From Abditibacteriaceae bacterium (lineage in GTDB: Bacteria > Armatimonadota > Abditibacteriia > Abditibacteriales > Abditibacteriaceae): DNA of 24,589 nt. The first letter of the stretch is position 1. Every line of letters begins with the position of its first letter. The DNA is taken from assembly GCA_031425655.1 (NCBI GenBank), contig JANPJS010000187.1, forward strand, positions 1 through 24,589, given 5' to 3'. The notes below the pieces were generated by a model, which made no database searches, had not been told where the DNA came from, and saw only the letters and a program-made list of their open reading frames with translations. This document shows positions 23,687 through 24,589 of the stretch, in pieces. Both the position numbers and the translations under genes were made by a program.

Positions 23687-24517
23687 GTGAGCACCAAGTT
23701 CCTCTTCGCCCTCAGTGTTACAGCGGCACTTTGCGCCAACGCTGATGCGCCGTTGACAGCCGGATCACGAACTCCTGCGACCTTTGTCGGCGACTTCGAG
23801 CGCGGCGATTTTTCCAACTGGGACACCCGACAAGGCGCACAGGCCGACTCGCTGCAAATCGTAACCGACGTGGTGCGCCGGGGCCGTTACGCGGCAAAAT
23901 TCACGGTGCGGCCCGGCGAGATCGTCAGCAACGGCAACCGCGCTGAAATCACACACGATCACGCTGACCATCCCGGCAGCAAGCGTTGGTATGCCTGGAG
24001 CTTTTTCGTGCCCTCTGACTTTCAAGACACCGAATGGCAGCCTAAATTATGGCAGTGCATCGGCCAATGGCATGACCAACCCGATCCCCGGCTCGGCGAA
24101 ACATGGAAAACATTTCCCGGACACTCGCCCTCGATTGCGCTTTATTACACCTCGAAAAACGGCGTGCCGGCTATCGAATTGTGGCACGGCCCCAAAAAAG
24201 ATCAGGACATCGTAGCCGTCGCGCCGATTCGCAAAGGCGAATGGATGGATGTCGTTTTTCACATCGGCTGGTCGCCCGGCGCCGACGGTTATGTCGAAGC
24301 ATGGCTCAACGGCAACCCGCTCATCGCGCCGGAAGGCGATCAGCACAAGGTTTTCGGGCCGAATATGTGGAATTCCTATTCGCATTTCCTGAAAATCGGG
24401 CTTTATCGCAGCAGTCGTTTCACCACCACCAACAGCATTTATTACGACGAAGTGCGCGTCGGCAACAGTCAAGAAGAAGTCGCTTTAAAGCCGAGTGAAG
24501 CGCCAAAAGCCCAATAA
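23687..24517 (+). CDS. Secreted polysaccharide-lyase-like (jelly-roll) protein
   Basis: RBS GAAAGGA before GTG 23687, signal peptide STKFLFALSVTAALCANA, and motifs GDFERG, NRAEI, WYAWSFFVP, IGQWH, FLKIGLYR and YYDEVRVG typical of the Polysacc_lyase/heparin lyase I-like family. Confidence 0.75.
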   Translation: MSTKFLFALSVTAALCANADAPLTAGSRTPATFVGDFERGDFSNWDTRQGAQADSLQIVTDVVRRGRYAAKFTVRPGEIVSNGNRAEITHDHADHPGSKRWYAWSFFVPSDFQDTEWQPKLWQCIGQWHDQPDPRLGETWKTFPGHSPSIALYYTSKNGVPAIELWHGPKKDQDIVAVAPIRKGEWMDVVFHIGWSPGADGYVEAWLNGNPLIAPEGDQHKVFGPNMWNSYSHFLKIGLYRSSRFTTTNSIYYDEVRVGNSQEEVALKPSEAPKAQ

Positions 24518-24564
24518 TATAGCAGTTCAGGAACGGGAAGCTACTCAATAGATGTGGTCGGTTT

Positions 24565-24589
24565 GTAGGGGCGCAACCTGTTGCGCCCT
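24565..24589 (+). repeat. GTAG-type REP hairpin (may continue past the window edge)
   Basis: GTAG followed directly by the palindrome GGGCGCAAC-CT-GTTGCGCCC. Confidence 0.55.

Overview
GC-rich bacterial DNA. The prepilin/DUF1559 protein style and a Dop homolog suggest an Abditibacteriota/Armatimonadota-like host, but this is inference only. The left arm (minus strand) holds an endonuclease III-like glycosylase, then a probable operon of a secreted WD40 protein, the Pup/UBact deamidase Dop and a BNR/Asp-box propeller protein. The core is an assimilatory nitrate/nitrite locus in two blocks. Block 1 has a sigma-70 factor with an unusual C-terminal domain, a HemD-like protein, nirB and nirD. Block 2 has a NasA-type Mo-bisPGD nitrate reductase, a NasB-like FAD/[2Fe-2S] electron donor and a small hypothetical gene. 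Four minus-strand genes separate the blocks: a beta-hydroxyacid dehydrogenase, a DUF1559 prepilin-like protein, a small lipoprotein and a CRTAC1/ASPIC-UnbV lipoprotein. The right arm carries a 1262-aa GAF-histidine kinase-STAND ATPase-TPR fusion and a secreted polysaccharide-lyase-like protein. The most notable points are four. (1) The sigma factor is fused to a domain resembling the small orphan protein of nitrate-reductase clusters, and that domain has its own internal RBS and ATG. (2) GlnR-box-like arrays with 11-bp periodicity lie upstream of the sigma gene, nirB and nasA. (3) Many intergenic spacers hold long palindromic elements of several families, and one 20-bp mini-hairpin is nested five times inside two unrelated families. 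(4) The HK-STAND-TPR domain architecture is unusual.
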